A DNA stretch of 64,000 nucleotides from Bdellovibrionales bacterium (GTDB taxonomy: Bacteria > Bdellovibrionota > Bdellovibrionia > Bdellovibrionales > UBA1609), in assembly GCA_965261545.1 (NCBI GenBank), contig CBDHDF010000002.1, positions 32,001 through 96,000 of the forward strand. The letters run 5' to 3'. The position numbers were made by a program, and so were the translations under genes. Positions 42,890 to 53,382 of the stretch are shown piece by piece; the first letter of the stretch is position 1, and every line of letters starts with the position of its first letter. The notes beneath the pieces are model-generated. The model saw nothing but the letters and a program-made list of their open reading frames with translations. It was not told where the DNA came from and ran no database searches.

Positions 42890-44355
42890 TAAGAACCTCC
42901 TATGTTTGGAACAAGACTGTCATATTGAGACAATCTAGGTTGAAGTGGTTTTTGTTGGTCATTCAAATTAATTTTGGTGGGATTTCCTAAGAGCAAATCT
43001 TTTATGGATTTAAAGTCGAAAATCTCACGACTTTCTAATTGAAGCTCCATGGCTGTAGATAAGTCCTGCCAACTCACATGCTGAATCAAGTTGATAACTC
43101 TTAAATATTCATGCTCGGCACGGCTTGAATCTTGTTGCTTGAGGTATTGATAAAAATTTTCAAACACATTTGTTGGAAAAAGAATGGATCGGTGAGCCCA
43201 TCTTACCATGGCTTGCGGCTTACGAACTAAAGAGGGAAGGATATGTTCAAGAAGAAGACTATGCTCCCCATCAGGTTTTCTTTGATGGCGAGCGACAATT
43301 TCTTGCTTCCCTCCTGCACGATAGATCGTGACATGATAGGGACCCTGTACGGTTTTACAGGGAGATTGGATCACCTCATCAGGTATGGAATATGTGGTTT
43401 TACCTATTCTCAAAGTCCCATAACCATTACTTTGACAAATATTCACCTTACAGAGAATATCTTCATCTCGTGGAGGCAAAGGCTTAAGAACTTTGGCCTC
43501 CTCCTCAAAGCGAGATTTGGTGGAGTCACTCTGATGCTGATCCATATAAGACTCTAAAAACTGATTCAAATGATCCCAGTCTTTAAAAACAATTCCTTTG
43601 TTTCTAACAATATTTTTTATCCGAGAACTGAAGGTTCGAATATCACGCTCCACATCTCCCTTGTCAGAGCCCTTCCCTGCGCGGCAGGGAAGAACCTTAA
43701 ATCCATAGTATTGGATGGCTCGATCAAAAGATTGGGTGTAAATTCGCTGATTTCCTTTAAGAACTTTCTTCACACAGGGAGATAAATTATCAATACGGAT
43801 GTTCGCACTCATCCCACCTATCTTTTCAAAAAAAGCATGCACCCCATCGATGAAACACTCATAGACAAGAAAGGGGTAGGCACGAACCCAACAGGTGCCA
43901 CTACAAGGCAATGTTCCAAAATGGAGATGAACGATCTGAACACCATCGGCAAATGGTAAAGCAACCTTCTCCTTAAAATCAAACTGAGCCTGTTCTCCAG
44001 GATCATATCTTTGGCTGAAAAAACGCTCCTTGGGGCGAGAACCAAGAATCTCACAAACTCTTCTCTGAACCGTTCTCTCACTCCCACGATAACCCTCCTC
44101 AACTAATAGCTCATATATTTCACGGGCGGTGTTACTTGGGTTCAACTTCAAAAAGTACTTCACCCGATCCATATATCCATTAAGGGGATCTGGGCGAGTT
44201 CTTTTGGACCTCGCCTTGTACTTCGGTGGGGTGTTGGACTCACAGTACTTGCGCACCGTCTTACGATTGATCCCTAATTCACGAGATATTTCTGTCTTAT
44301 TTTTACCACTGTGACTCAGGTCACGAATGCGGCCGAAAGTGTATTGACTAATCAT
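42889..44355 (-). CDS. istA: IS21 transposase IstA
   Basis: Near-identical to 12961-14427. Confidence 0.93.
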   Translation of the reverse strand: MISQYTFGRIRDLSHSGKNKTEISRELGINRKTVRKYCESNTPPKYKARSKRTRPDPLNGYMDRVKYFLKLNPSNTAREIYELLVEEGYRGSERTVQRRVCEILGSRPKERFFSQRYDPGEQAQFDFKEKVALPFADGVQIVHLHFGTLPCSGTCWVRAYPFLVYECFIDGVHAFFEKIGGMSANIRIDNLSPCVKKVLKGNQRIYTQSFDRAIQYYGFKVLPCRAGKGSDKGDVERDIRTFSSRIKNIVRNKGIVFKDWDHLNQFLESYMDQHQSDSTKSRFEEEAKVLKPLPPRDEDILCKVNICQSNGYGTLRIGKTTYSIPDEVIQSPCKTVQGPYHVTIYRAGGKQEIVARHQRKPDGEHSLLLEHILPSLVRKPQAMVRWAHRSILFPTNVFENFYQYLKQQDSSRAEHEYLRVINLIQHVSWQDLSTAMELQLESREIFDFKSIKDLLLGNPTKINLNDQQKPLQPRLSQYDSLVPNIGGS

Positions 44356-44927
44356 AAGATCCTCCTCATTGCTAACCTTTTGAGTTGCAAAAGGGAGGGA
44401 CTCTGTGAGCTTAGTATCTATATCAGAAGAAGAGACTTCATTGTCTAGTATTTGAACACTCCCTGAAGATTGGTCACTTTTCATTGGCGACAACCTCCAT
44501 ATTGAAAGTGGGACATTTTAATTGGCGACGGCTTTAAGGGAAGCCTGTCTTCAGAAAGAAATTCCATGAAAATTGAGGCAAATGTTGGAATCTTGTGGAA
44601 TTTAAATACTTTAGAAAATGGGCACAGCCTAAACAGGCTTTTCTTGACTATATATTTAACCTCATTGAAATCCAGAAACAGTCTACAAATGACAAATATG
44701 GAACCTGAATAGGCTGTCATGGAAGGACTCTCCAACACGGAGCCCCTTTCCAGGTCGACAAGAACCCAAAAGGAGTTCTTATCAGCTCGGAGCCTTTTTA
44801 TGAGTAATATCAATTGATTATATGCGTCTCGGTTGACAATGCCAAAAATCACCATAGGTCCTCCTCTGAAAAGTGGCCACTTTTCATTGGCGACGGTGGG
44901 GCATTTTAATTGTCAGCTAACACAATA

Positions 44928-45893
44928 CGCCTTAGTTGAGGATGGTAAGGTATTTCGAATCAATGACAACAATAAAAACTTCTTCGAAGGTTCTGTTGGA
45001 GAGTTTAAAAGATTGGAAAATCAATGGATTGTTAATAATTACGAAAATTTTATAAAAAAACTGAAAACTCCAAATTCATATCTGATGAATCGGGAGTAAT
45101 GAAAGTGGCTTTGGCTTCAAAAAAACAAACAGAGGTTTTTAGTATTAAGCATCACAGAATTCCAGAAGACCTTGATCTGGATTACTACAAAAAAGGTTCG
45201 GCCATGAAAGGGGCTTATTATTCCGCCGCTTTTATCATAAGAACTCTTGTCGCAGAAACACTAGATATTAACCCGGAGGAACTCGAAATAGGAAATATCG
45301 TTGGAACCAAAGTGAATCAAAAAACAGGAGGAGAGATCAGAATCAATGATAGCTTGCCTAACGGGGCTGGATTTTCCACCTGGATAAAGGAAAATATTTC
45401 GGACATTCTGAAGAAAATAAAATCTGAAAACAGTGACAGTGCTTTTATAAAAAAAATTTACTCTGAGGTTCATCAAGAAGATTGCAAATCCTCCTGCCAC
45501 CTCTGTTTGAAAGCTTATCGTAACATTAACTATCATGGACTTCTGGACTGGCGACTTGGGATATCTCTTCTCAAAAGCTTTATTGACATGAATTATAAAG
45601 CCGGACTAGACGGTAACTTCCGGGAGCCAGAATTAAAAGGTTGGAAAGAAAATACGAAATTATTAAGAGATGAATTTTGTAAGAATTTTCCATCGTGTTC
45701 TCCAAGGAATTTTAAAGAACTTTCTGGTTTCTCGGTTAACGAAGCAAATATTGTTATTCTTCATCCTTTTTGGACTAAAAATTCTCCCTTAGTCAAAAAG
45801 TCTATCAATGGTAATGAATGCAAAATCATTGATACGTTCAATTTATTAAGAAGACCCAGTTTTGTTTACAAAGAAATTGCCGAGTTTCCTTAA
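44928..45893 (+). pseudogene. druE: DruE-like helicase, 3' part with DUF1998-type Cys cluster; extra frameshift at the A-run near 45054-45060
   Basis: In-frame continuation QY-ALVEDGKVFRINDN after IS removal; DSLPNGAGF, CKSSCHLCL, HGLLDWRLG. Confidence 0.75.
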
Positions 45894-46086
45894 AATGTAC
45901 CACCTGATTTCCTCAGTAGTGTACCAGTCGATTTTAAATCGGTATAGAGAATTCGTAGAGGTTTGCCTAGTAGCTCAAGGACCGCGCGGTTTGTGGATCC
46001 GATTTGAGGATAAACTCCAACACGACCCAGTGAAGGTATGGGTTCAATTAGCGTGAGGAGCCGTGACGGACCCGTAGGTTCTGTGA

Positions 46087-46118
46087 GAGGAGGGGGCCTC
46101 TCGGCCCCCTCCTCTTTT
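46087..46118 (+). terminator. GC-rich hairpin plus T-run (also resembles group II intron domain VI)
   Basis: GAGGAGGGGGCC-TCTC-GGCCCCCTCCTC followed by TTTT. Confidence 0.65.
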
Positions 46119-46148
46119 GTTCTTGATCTAGGGGAGCCATGCGTATAC

Positions 46149-46190
46149 CCTCTTGACAAACTACATAAAAACATGTAGTTTGTCAAGAGG
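46149..46190 (+). promoter_or_regulatory. Sigma70-type promoter inside a perfect 18-bp-arm palindrome (TA operator)
   Basis: TTGACA (46153)-17 bp-TAGTTT (46176); arms CCTCTTGACAAACTACAT and ATGTAGTTTGTCAAGAGG, 7 bp before the toxin start. Confidence 0.8.
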
Positions 46191-46197
46191 AGCATAA

Positions 46198-46524
46198 GTG
46201 GCAGCTAAGAGAGTCAACTACTATGTGACAATAAATGGTAAGTCACCTTTCTTAGAATGGACTAACAATTTGGATATTAAAAGCCAGGTTATTGTTGATC
46301 GCTTTATACAGAGGGTTGCTCAAGGTGGTGCTAAAAAATCAATAAAAAGTTTAAAGGATGGTGTTTTTGAAATTAAGATCCCACATGCTTCTGGGTTGAG
46401 AGTGTATTTTGGAGAGGGTGGTGACCAACTCATTCTTCTCCTAATTGGTGGAAACAAAAGAACACAAAGTAGAGACATAAAAAAAGCCAAGGAGTATTGG
46501 AGTTATTATGGCAAACAGAAGTAA
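46198..46524 (+). CDS. RelE/ParE-superfamily toxin (addiction-module killer type, toxin first)
   Basis: GKSPFLEW, GVFEIKI...GLRVYF, LLLIGGNKRTQSRDIKKA. Confidence 0.88.
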   Translation: MAAKRVNYYVTINGKSPFLEWTNNLDIKSQVIVDRFIQRVAQGGAKKSIKSLKDGVFEIKIPHASGLRVYFGEGGDQLILLLIGGNKRTQSRDIKKAKEYWSYYGKQK

Positions 46525-46822
46525 AAGCTATGATGAAGTATTAGCTAAGAAATTTGAAAACCCTGAGTACGCCAAAAGCTACTTATTAAACATCGTTGAA
46601 GAAGAAGGGCTTGCTGTGGATACAGCTCTTCGTGAAACGATCAAAGCAATGGGGCTTCAAAGCTTTTCTGAAAAATCTGGCCTTGCCATTCAAGCTGTCT
46701 CCGATTTTGTGGCAAATAGACAAAAATGGAGTACAGATAAACTTTCAAAACATATTGGAGAAGTTTTTCATCTGAGAGTAAAATTATCTCTCGAAAACTC
46801 TGATCCAAGCGAAGTGGCATAA
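46508..46822 (+). CDS. Cognate HTH antitoxin
   Basis: Overlaps the toxin; NPEYAKSYL...ALRETIKAMG plus an HTH-like segment. Confidence 0.75.
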   Translation: MANRSKSYDEVLAKKFENPEYAKSYLLNIVEEEGLAVDTALRETIKAMGLQSFSEKSGLAIQAVSDFVANRQKWSTDKLSKHIGEVFHLRVKLSLENSDPSEVA

Positions 46823-47076
46823 TGAAGATATGCCCATTCATCTTGTTGCGTTCTCGGCCGCAACAAGATTTTTGCCCTTGATTCCGCAACACATACGCAA
46901 CAAACGCCTAGGTCAGTTGGACGTATCTTCAAGGTTTTCTTGACGTTGGTTTGAAGTGGGAAAGGGCCGTATTTGCTGAATTTTCATGGACTTAGGGGAG
47001 AGCTTCGTCTTTCAAAGGTTAATGATTACAAAATGTTATCAAAATTAACCTTTCACCTGTTGGAGAAATTTGTCTT

Positions 47077-47144
47077 TAGACGCGCCGGACTCAAAATTCG
47101 GTTCTGGTAACAGAGTGGGAGTTCGATTCTCCCCGGAGGCACCA
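47077..47144 (+). tRNA. tRNA-Leu(CAA) 3' fragment, probably an att site; 5' acceptor strand missing
   Basis: TAGACGCG-CCGGA-CTCAAAA-TTCGG, long variable arm, GGGAGTTCGATTCTCCC, CGGAGGC-A-CCA; no GCCTCCG upstream. Confidence 0.8.
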
Positions 47145-47167
47145 AATGTCACTTCACAGCATCCACT

Positions 47168-48508
47168 TCAATCTTCCATTTTCCACATTTTTTCATTGAG
47201 TATTTCTGCAATTCTTTTGGTATCCATCTTCGGTTTTCCACAGTAGTGATGCTCGTTGACATCTCGGCCATGGCCAAGAATGGATGCTCTTTCATCCAAA
47301 GACATGCCAGCTTCTTTGGCTGTCAGATTAAACCCTCGGCGCATATCATGCCTTGTGTAGGGCACGCTGTAGTCTTTCCGAACCTTTTTACCATCTTTAT
47401 ACTTCCTCGTCGCTGGGCTGGAACTCTCTTTAGCCTCTGCCAAACCAGCAGCAATAAATAAAGCTCCCCAGGCACCACTTACAGAGTCTACTCTTCGATA
47501 GACAGGCTTTGGACTCTTGGTCGATAAACGACAATCTACCATTGTAAAGATAAATCGTGCATCCACTGGAACCAATTTGCCTTGTTGGCTGGGAGCGTAA
47601 CCCACAACCCGGTGCTTCATAGCTCTTTCCACCAAAGGTTTGAGCATATCCAAAACATCCGTAGGAATGATTGTCTCTCTGGTCTTTCCATATTTGGGTG
47701 ACCATTGCATTCCATGCTTGGTGGGACACTCCTTGGGTTGAATCACCCAATGACCTGTCTCCCAATTGATATCATCCACTTCTAAATACAACCACTCCTT
47801 TGTTCGCGCCCCTGTACGAAAAAGCCCATAGGCAAATTCTTTGATAGGGAAGCCGTAGCGATGTGTGTAGTTTGCGGATAACAATTGAGGAAGAATGTTT
47901 TTTGAAGGGGCCACCGTTCTTGCCCTTTCTTCTTTGGGCACTGAAATGGCTTCCACATCCACCCAAGGGTTTTGAGGAATTAGTTTTCTCTTTTTAAGCC
48001 ATTTAAACAAACGCTTTATGGCATTGAGATCATTAAAAGCAGTGACTCTTTTAATCTCTCCCGCCTTCACACGCTTAAGTAAATGTCTCCGAAAATTATA
48101 AGCCTCATATTCCGTAAGTTTGTGAACATAATTGACCTTAAACTTTTTCTCCAACACGGCAGCGACAGGAAGCATTCTCGTTTTTTCCGTGTGAAGATAA
48201 TTGGGTGAAGCCCCTTCAATTTGAAGGTGCTCTAAATAGTCGTTGATAGCCATTTCAAAAGTTGAAAGCTTGCTAGAACTCTCTTGGAACTTTTCAAGTT
48301 CTTTTTCTGTAAAAAGACCCTTGGCAAGTTCCTTTTCTTTTTTACTGGCATTTTTTCTAGCTGATTTTTCATCGTTACCAGGAGCACGACCATAAAACCA
48401 CTTTCCATTGGGGAGTTTAAATTTCCAGTACCAACCCCATTTGCGTTGATGCACATAAACTCTTGGAGTGTATTCAAAAGATACTTCAAGTTGTACTAAT
48501 TCGTTCAT
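47168..48508 (-). CDS. Tyrosine recombinase/integrase
   Basis: TGART, RHDMRR, LGH...HHY; stops 24 bp from the tRNA-Leu CCA. Confidence 0.9.
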   Translation of the reverse strand: MNELVQLEVSFEYTPRVYVHQRKWGWYWKFKLPNGKWFYGRAPGNDEKSARKNASKKEKELAKGLFTEKELEKFQESSSKLSTFEMAINDYLEHLQIEGASPNYLHTEKTRMLPVAAVLEKKFKVNYVHKLTEYEAYNFRRHLLKRVKAGEIKRVTAFNDLNAIKRLFKWLKKRKLIPQNPWVDVEAISVPKEERARTVAPSKNILPQLLSANYTHRYGFPIKEFAYGLFRTGARTKEWLYLEVDDINWETGHWVIQPKECPTKHGMQWSPKYGKTRETIIPTDVLDMLKPLVERAMKHRVVGYAPSQQGKLVPVDARFIFTMVDCRLSTKSPKPVYRRVDSVSGAWGALFIAAGLAEAKESSSPATRKYKDGKKVRKDYSVPYTRHDMRRGFNLTAKEAGMSLDERASILGHGRDVNEHHYCGKPKMDTKRIAEILNEKMWKMED

Positions 48509-48804
48509 AGTCTTTCTCCTTTAACCCGATCACTCTGTTTTCTAGAAAGTTGCAGAAATGAATCAAGGTCAGATTTTAGAAAGACTAGACCCTCCTTAGT
48601 AAAGTCACAAAAAGTCAGCCTCCTTGATCTCAGTGCATGATAGCGTATGCTATCAACGCTGCACCGACAGTAAAAGGCGGCTTCTTTTTCATTAAATACA
48701 TGGTGATTAAACACCATTATTCTTTCTATTTGATTGTCAAAGAGCGAGTCTTCAGTAGACGCACAGGACGACGGACTGGTGATTTTTTTATTATCATAAA
48801 GCAT
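48505..48804 (-). CDS. Excisionase-like winged HTH protein
   Basis: NEKEAAFYCRCSVDSIRY...VFLKSDLDSFL; AAGGAG RBS; 4-nt overlap with the integrase. Confidence 0.7.
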   Translation of the reverse strand: MLYDNKKITSPSSCASTEDSLFDNQIERIMVFNHHVFNEKEAAFYCRCSVDSIRYHALRSRRLTFCDFTKEGLVFLKSDLDSFLQLSRKQSDRVKGERL

Positions 48805-49302
48805 AGTATTTTCTCCTTAAAAGATCACGAAAAAGGTGAACGTTCGTCTAAAGATGAACGGCCGTATAAAAATGAGTGGCCGCATAAATCTGATAAACAA
48901 TGAGCGCAAAAAGTGTTCTTCCCGAATTTTTTGTCATCGGACATAAATCTTTCTTAAAAAAGATATTAAAAAATTTCCTGAATGCTTCATGAATACCTCC
49001 TTATGGGTATAGTTTGGTTGGGTGAGCCATATAGCTCACCGGCGGGGAATTGTTAATGATTTGATGAATGTATCTGGTAGGTGTTTGTTGAATAGAATGA
49101 TTGAATATCGCCTTCATTTTTTACAGCACGAAGACGAGGAGTGAACCGTCCGGGGGGGGGAGTGAATACGAGGAACCCCCCAATTTTGAGAATTTTTTGT
49201 TGACGACGGGCAAAAAAATCACTTTTAGCCCTTTTCAAAAAGGCCAAAAAGGATGTAGGCCATGGCCGTTCACAAAAAGTCCAAATAAAGAAGGAGTCAG
49301 AA

Positions 49303-49581
49303 ATGGCAAAGTTTAAACACTTAACAAAAGAAAAACTAAATCATGTCCGCAATCGCCTTTTTGAAGTGTCCAGTGGCCTCAATGGTCTAGGCTCTTTGTT
49401 TGAGTCTCAATCAGTACACTTTTGCCCCTCACCAGATGAGCTTTACGGCATTGGACAGCTCTTGAAGCAACTCTCCCGTGAAGTTGAGGTTCAGGAAGAC
49501 ATCCTAAATTGTGGTTATGATAGTCAAGCCGTGAAGAAGAATTTGGGGGAGACACCAGTGTTAGACTCGAAGAAAAGTTGA
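49303..49581 (+). CDS. Hypothetical helical protein (92 aa)
   Basis: AAGGAG RBS upstream of ATG; no recognised domain. Confidence 0.55.
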   Translation: MAKFKHLTKEKLNHVRNRLFEVSSGLNGLGSLFESQSVHFCPSPDELYGIGQLLKQLSREVEVQEDILNCGYDSQAVKKNLGETPVLDSKKS

Positions 49582-49683
49582 AAAAAGGGAGGCAGAAATT
49601 ATCTTGCCTCCTAGCCTTTCTCTTCCTTCTCATACCCTGCCACGTCCTGCCCTCTCATTGAGATCATTACACCGAGGACTTCA

Positions 49684-49860
49684 TTAGAAATCCAACTTCT
49701 TACCAGTCAGTTTTTCGGCGAACCGTTCCGATGAGGAAAGCCCCTTGGCAATCCGAGTGAGGGCCATTTTTTCTATCTTTGAAAAGATGGTGGGAGCCGC
49801 ATAACCTGATCCTAAAAGCAATAAAATGGTGACAATAGCCTTAATAATACCTGTATTCAT
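49684..49860 (-). CDS. Small single-TM protein (58 aa, not in the ORF track)
   Basis: AAAGGAGG RBS; MNTGIIKAIVTILLLLGSGYAAPTIFSKIEKMALTRIAKGLSSSERFAEKLTGKKLDF*. Confidence 0.65.
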   Translation of the reverse strand: MNTGIIKAIVTILLLLGSGYAAPTIFSKIEKMALTRIAKGLSSSERFAEKLTGKKLDF

Positions 49861-50262
49861 TGGTCTTCCTCCTTTGGTAAAACCACCAGTGGTTGGTTTA
49901 TGTTTATTTTCTATTTGGTTTTAAGCCCAGTTTTGGGCTTTGTTCATAGCAGTTTTCAAGCTGCCTTATCTTATGGCCACCATGGAGCCGGCCGTTTTGT
50001 CAATATTTCTTGAATCATTATTTTGTGGAATGAACGGCCGCATAAACTTGAGCTTCATTTTTCGTAACATTCATGGGGGCGCCTTGCTTCCCCACCCACG
50101 CCCATGAATCTTATCTAGGCCCCCACTTCTTTGCACGAAGCAACTCGGTGGACAGCTTCGCTGGTCTATATAATTGGCCTCTTTTAGTTACTCTGGACTT
50201 TTGATGGTATTTTTGTCATGTATGATTCCGATACAATAAAGGATAAAGCAATAACATTATTG

Positions 50263-50449
50263 GAAGGTGATAAGATGAGTGGCCGTTGAATAGATTGGTA
50301 ATTTTAATTCCGTGAAGTAACATGGTCTTGAGCTTTGGATCGAACCCACGCATGTACCTGCACTCTGAGTGTATGGACGTATAGTAAGTTGACCTATTTT
50401 CGCTTTAGAATTTATGGCAAAATCCCAAGGCTCTAGTTTTATCACCTTC
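50263..50449 (+). ncRNA. Candidate IS110 bridge/seek RNA (second copy at ~51967-52153)
   Basis: Non-coding left end closed by an 11-bp stem GAAGGTGATAA/TTATCACCTTC; contains short matches to target and donor flanks. Confidence 0.55.
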
Positions 50450-50477
50450 TTTTTTTCTAACAGAAAGGAGGAGTCAT

Positions 50478-51680
50478 GTGGATATTATTTATAGTTCTGT
50501 TTGTGGAATAGATGTTCATCAACATATGTTGATGTGTACGATTGTCAAAGTGGAAGACGGTAAGAAGAAGTTTTTCACAAAAGAGTTCAAGAATTTTCCA
50601 AAAAATTTTCCTAGAATGCGCTCTTGGATGAAGCCACATAAGGTTGAGAGAGTTCTTTTTGAGAGCACAGGGATTTATTGGAATTCTTTATACGATGATT
50701 TGACAGAAAAAGGTTATGAAGTAGATGTTATCAATGCCTTTCATGTCAAAAATATTACTGGTAAAAAAACTGACGTGTTGGATAGCCAGTGGATTGCAGA
50801 GCTTGGTGCTTGTGGTCTTCTAAGAGCTAGCTTCATTCCTCCACGTGAGATTCGTTCTATTAGACTTTTGGCTCGTTATCGTACAAAAACGATCCGCCAA
50901 ATATCTTCGGAACAAAATCGTATGTATAAGGTTCTTGAATATTCAGGCATTCGTTTAACCTATGCAATGTCTAAAGCTGACTGCGTATCTGGTATGGCCA
51001 TGATTCGTGCCATAGCTAATGGAGAGAGATCAGTTTCTAAATTGATGTCTCTTGCCAGAGGGTCTTTACGTCAAAAGACCGAAGAATTTTCTTACGCCCT
51101 GTCGGGAAAGATGACGGAAGAAAATCGTTTTGTTCTTCAACGCATTCTTGATCGAATAGATTTTTTGAAAAAAGAATGCTCTCAAATTGAAGAAGAACTT
51201 TTCATTCGTATGAAACCCTATGAAAGGCAGTGGCATCTACTCCAGACTATACCTGGAATTGACGAATTAAGTGCAGCGCTTTTGATTGCAGAAATAGGAG
51301 GCAATGTGAAGTCTTTTAAAAATAAAGGAAATTTTTGCTCCTGGATGGGGATTTGCCCATCCAATAATGAGAGCGCAGGAAAAAAAAAGTCTTCACGAAC
51401 GAGGAAAGCGAACACATATGTGAAATCGTTGGTATGTGAGATGGCCAATAGTGCTATTAAGACGAATTCACAATTCAAAGGCAAATACCAATCACTTGTT
51501 ATAAGGCGTGGGCACAAGAGATCAGTGATTGCCGTTGGTCACAAAATGATGGGAGTTGTTTATTCAGTCATAAGTAATGACACCCCCTACAAAGACCCTG
51601 GAATTGACTATGAAAAGCTCATGGTGAAAAAAAATGCACCAAGGTGGATTAGAGCGTTAAAAAAGTATGATTTCATGTAA
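50478..51680 (+). CDS. IS110-family DEDD recombinase/transposase
   Basis: GIDVHQ, FESTGIYW, KTDVLDSQWIA, TIPGI, NESAGK. Confidence 0.95.
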   Translation: MDIIYSSVCGIDVHQHMLMCTIVKVEDGKKKFFTKEFKNFPKNFPRMRSWMKPHKVERVLFESTGIYWNSLYDDLTEKGYEVDVINAFHVKNITGKKTDVLDSQWIAELGACGLLRASFIPPREIRSIRLLARYRTKTIRQISSEQNRMYKVLEYSGIRLTYAMSKADCVSGMAMIRAIANGERSVSKLMSLARGSLRQKTEEFSYALSGKMTEENRFVLQRILDRIDFLKKECSQIEEELFIRMKPYERQWHLLQTIPGIDELSAALLIAEIGGNVKSFKNKGNFCSWMGICPSNNESAGKKKSSRTRKANTYVKSLVCEMANSAIKTNSQFKGKYQSLVIRRGHKRSVIAVGHKMMGVVYSVISNDTPYKDPGIDYEKLMVKKNAPRWIRALKKYDFM

Positions 51681-52181
51681 TGTAGGATGATTTAAAAACT
51701 CGGACATTTGAAAAAATTCGAAGAACGGATAGTGGATTCGTGCGTCCAAACTACCCCGGAGATTCATAGTAACATTCATGGGGGCGCCTTGCTTCCCCAC
51801 CCACGCCCATGAATCTTTCTAGGCCCCCACTTCTTTGCACGAAGCAACTCGGTGGACAGCTTCGCTGGTCTATATAATTGGCCTCTTTTAGTTACTCTGG
51901 ACTTTTGATGGTATTTTTGTCATGTATGATTCCGATACAATAAAGGATAAAGCAATAACATTATTGGAAGGTGATAAGATGAGTGGCCGTTGAATAGATT
52001 GGTAATTTTAATTCCGTGAAGTAACATGGTCTTGAGCTTTGGATCGAACCCACGCATGTACCTGCACTCTGAGTGTATGGACGTATAGTAAGTTGACCTA
52101 TTTTCGCTTTAGAATTTATGGCAAAATCCCAAGGCTCTAGTTTTATCACCTTCTTTTTTTCTAACAGAAAGGAGGAGTCAT

Positions 52182-53382
52182 GTGGATATTATTTATAGTT
52201 CTGTTTGTGGAATAGATGTTCATCAACATATGTTGATGTGTACGATTGTCAAAGTGGAAGACGGTAAGAAGAAGTTTTTCACAAAAGAGTTCAAGAATTT
52301 TCCAAAAAATTTTCCTAGAATGCGCTCTTGGATGAAGCCACATAAGGTTGAGAGAGTTCTTTTTGAGAGCACAGGGATTTATTGGAATTCTTTATACGAT
52401 GATTTGACAGAAAAAGGTTATGAAGTAGATGTTATCAATGCCTTTCATGTCAAAAATATTACTGGTAAAAAAACTGACGTGTTGGATAGCCAGTGGATTG
52501 CAGAGCTTGGTGCTTGTGGTCTTCTAAGAGCTAGCTTCATTCCTCCACGTGAGATTCGTTCTATTAGACTTTTGGCTCGTTATCGTACAAAAACGATCCG
52601 CCAAATATCTTCGGAACAAAATCGTATGTATAAGGTTCTTGAATATTCAGGCATTCGTTTAACCTATGCAATGTCTAAAGCTGACTGCGTATCTGGTATG
52701 GCCATGATTCGTGCCATAGCTAATGGAGAGAGATCAGTTTCTAAATTGATGTCTCTTGCCAGAGGGTCTTTACGTCAAAAGACCGAAGAATTTTCTTACG
52801 CCCTGTCGGGAAAGATGACGGAAGAAAATCGTTTTGTTCTTCAACGCATTCTTGATCGAATAGATTTTTTGAAAAAAGAATGCTCTCAAATTGAAGAAGA
52901 ACTTTTCATTCGTATGAAACCCTATGAAAGGCAGTGGCATCTACTCCAGACTATACCTGGAATTGACGAATTAAGTGCAGCGCTTTTGATTGCAGAAATA
53001 GGAGGCAATGTGAAGTCTTTTAAAAATAAAGGAAATTTTTGCTCCTGGATGGGGATTTGCCCATCCAATAATGAGAGCGCAGGAAAAAAAGTCTTCACGA
53101 ACGAGGAAAGCGAACACATATGTGAAATCGTTGGTATGTGAGATGGCCAATAGTGCTATTAAGACGAATTCACAATTCAAAGGCAAATACCAATCACTTG
53201 TTATAAGGCGTGGGCACAAGAGATCAGTGATTGCCGTTGGTCACAAAATGATGGGAGTTGTTTATTCAGTCATAAGTAATGACACCCCCTACAAAGACCC
53301 TGGAATTGACTATGAAAAGCTCATGGTGAAAAAAAATGCACCAAGGTGGATTAGAGCGTTAAAAAAGTATGATTTCATGTAA
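52182..53382 (+). pseudogene. IS110 transposase, copy 2, frameshifted (A9 to A7 near 53084-53090)
   Basis: Matches copy 1 except for a 2-bp loss in a homopolymer; could be a sequencing artefact. Confidence 0.85.

Larger units (their letters stand above)
41677..44922 (-). mobile_element. IS21-family element, copy 2 (3246 bp, intron-free)
   Basis: Same ends as copy 1; 5-bp TSD CAATA at 41672-41676 and 44923-44927. Confidence 0.97.

Noticed and set aside
47055..47144. Complete functional tRNA-Leu
   Set aside because: No 5' strand able to pair with the 3' acceptor strand CGGAGGC; kept only as a fragment
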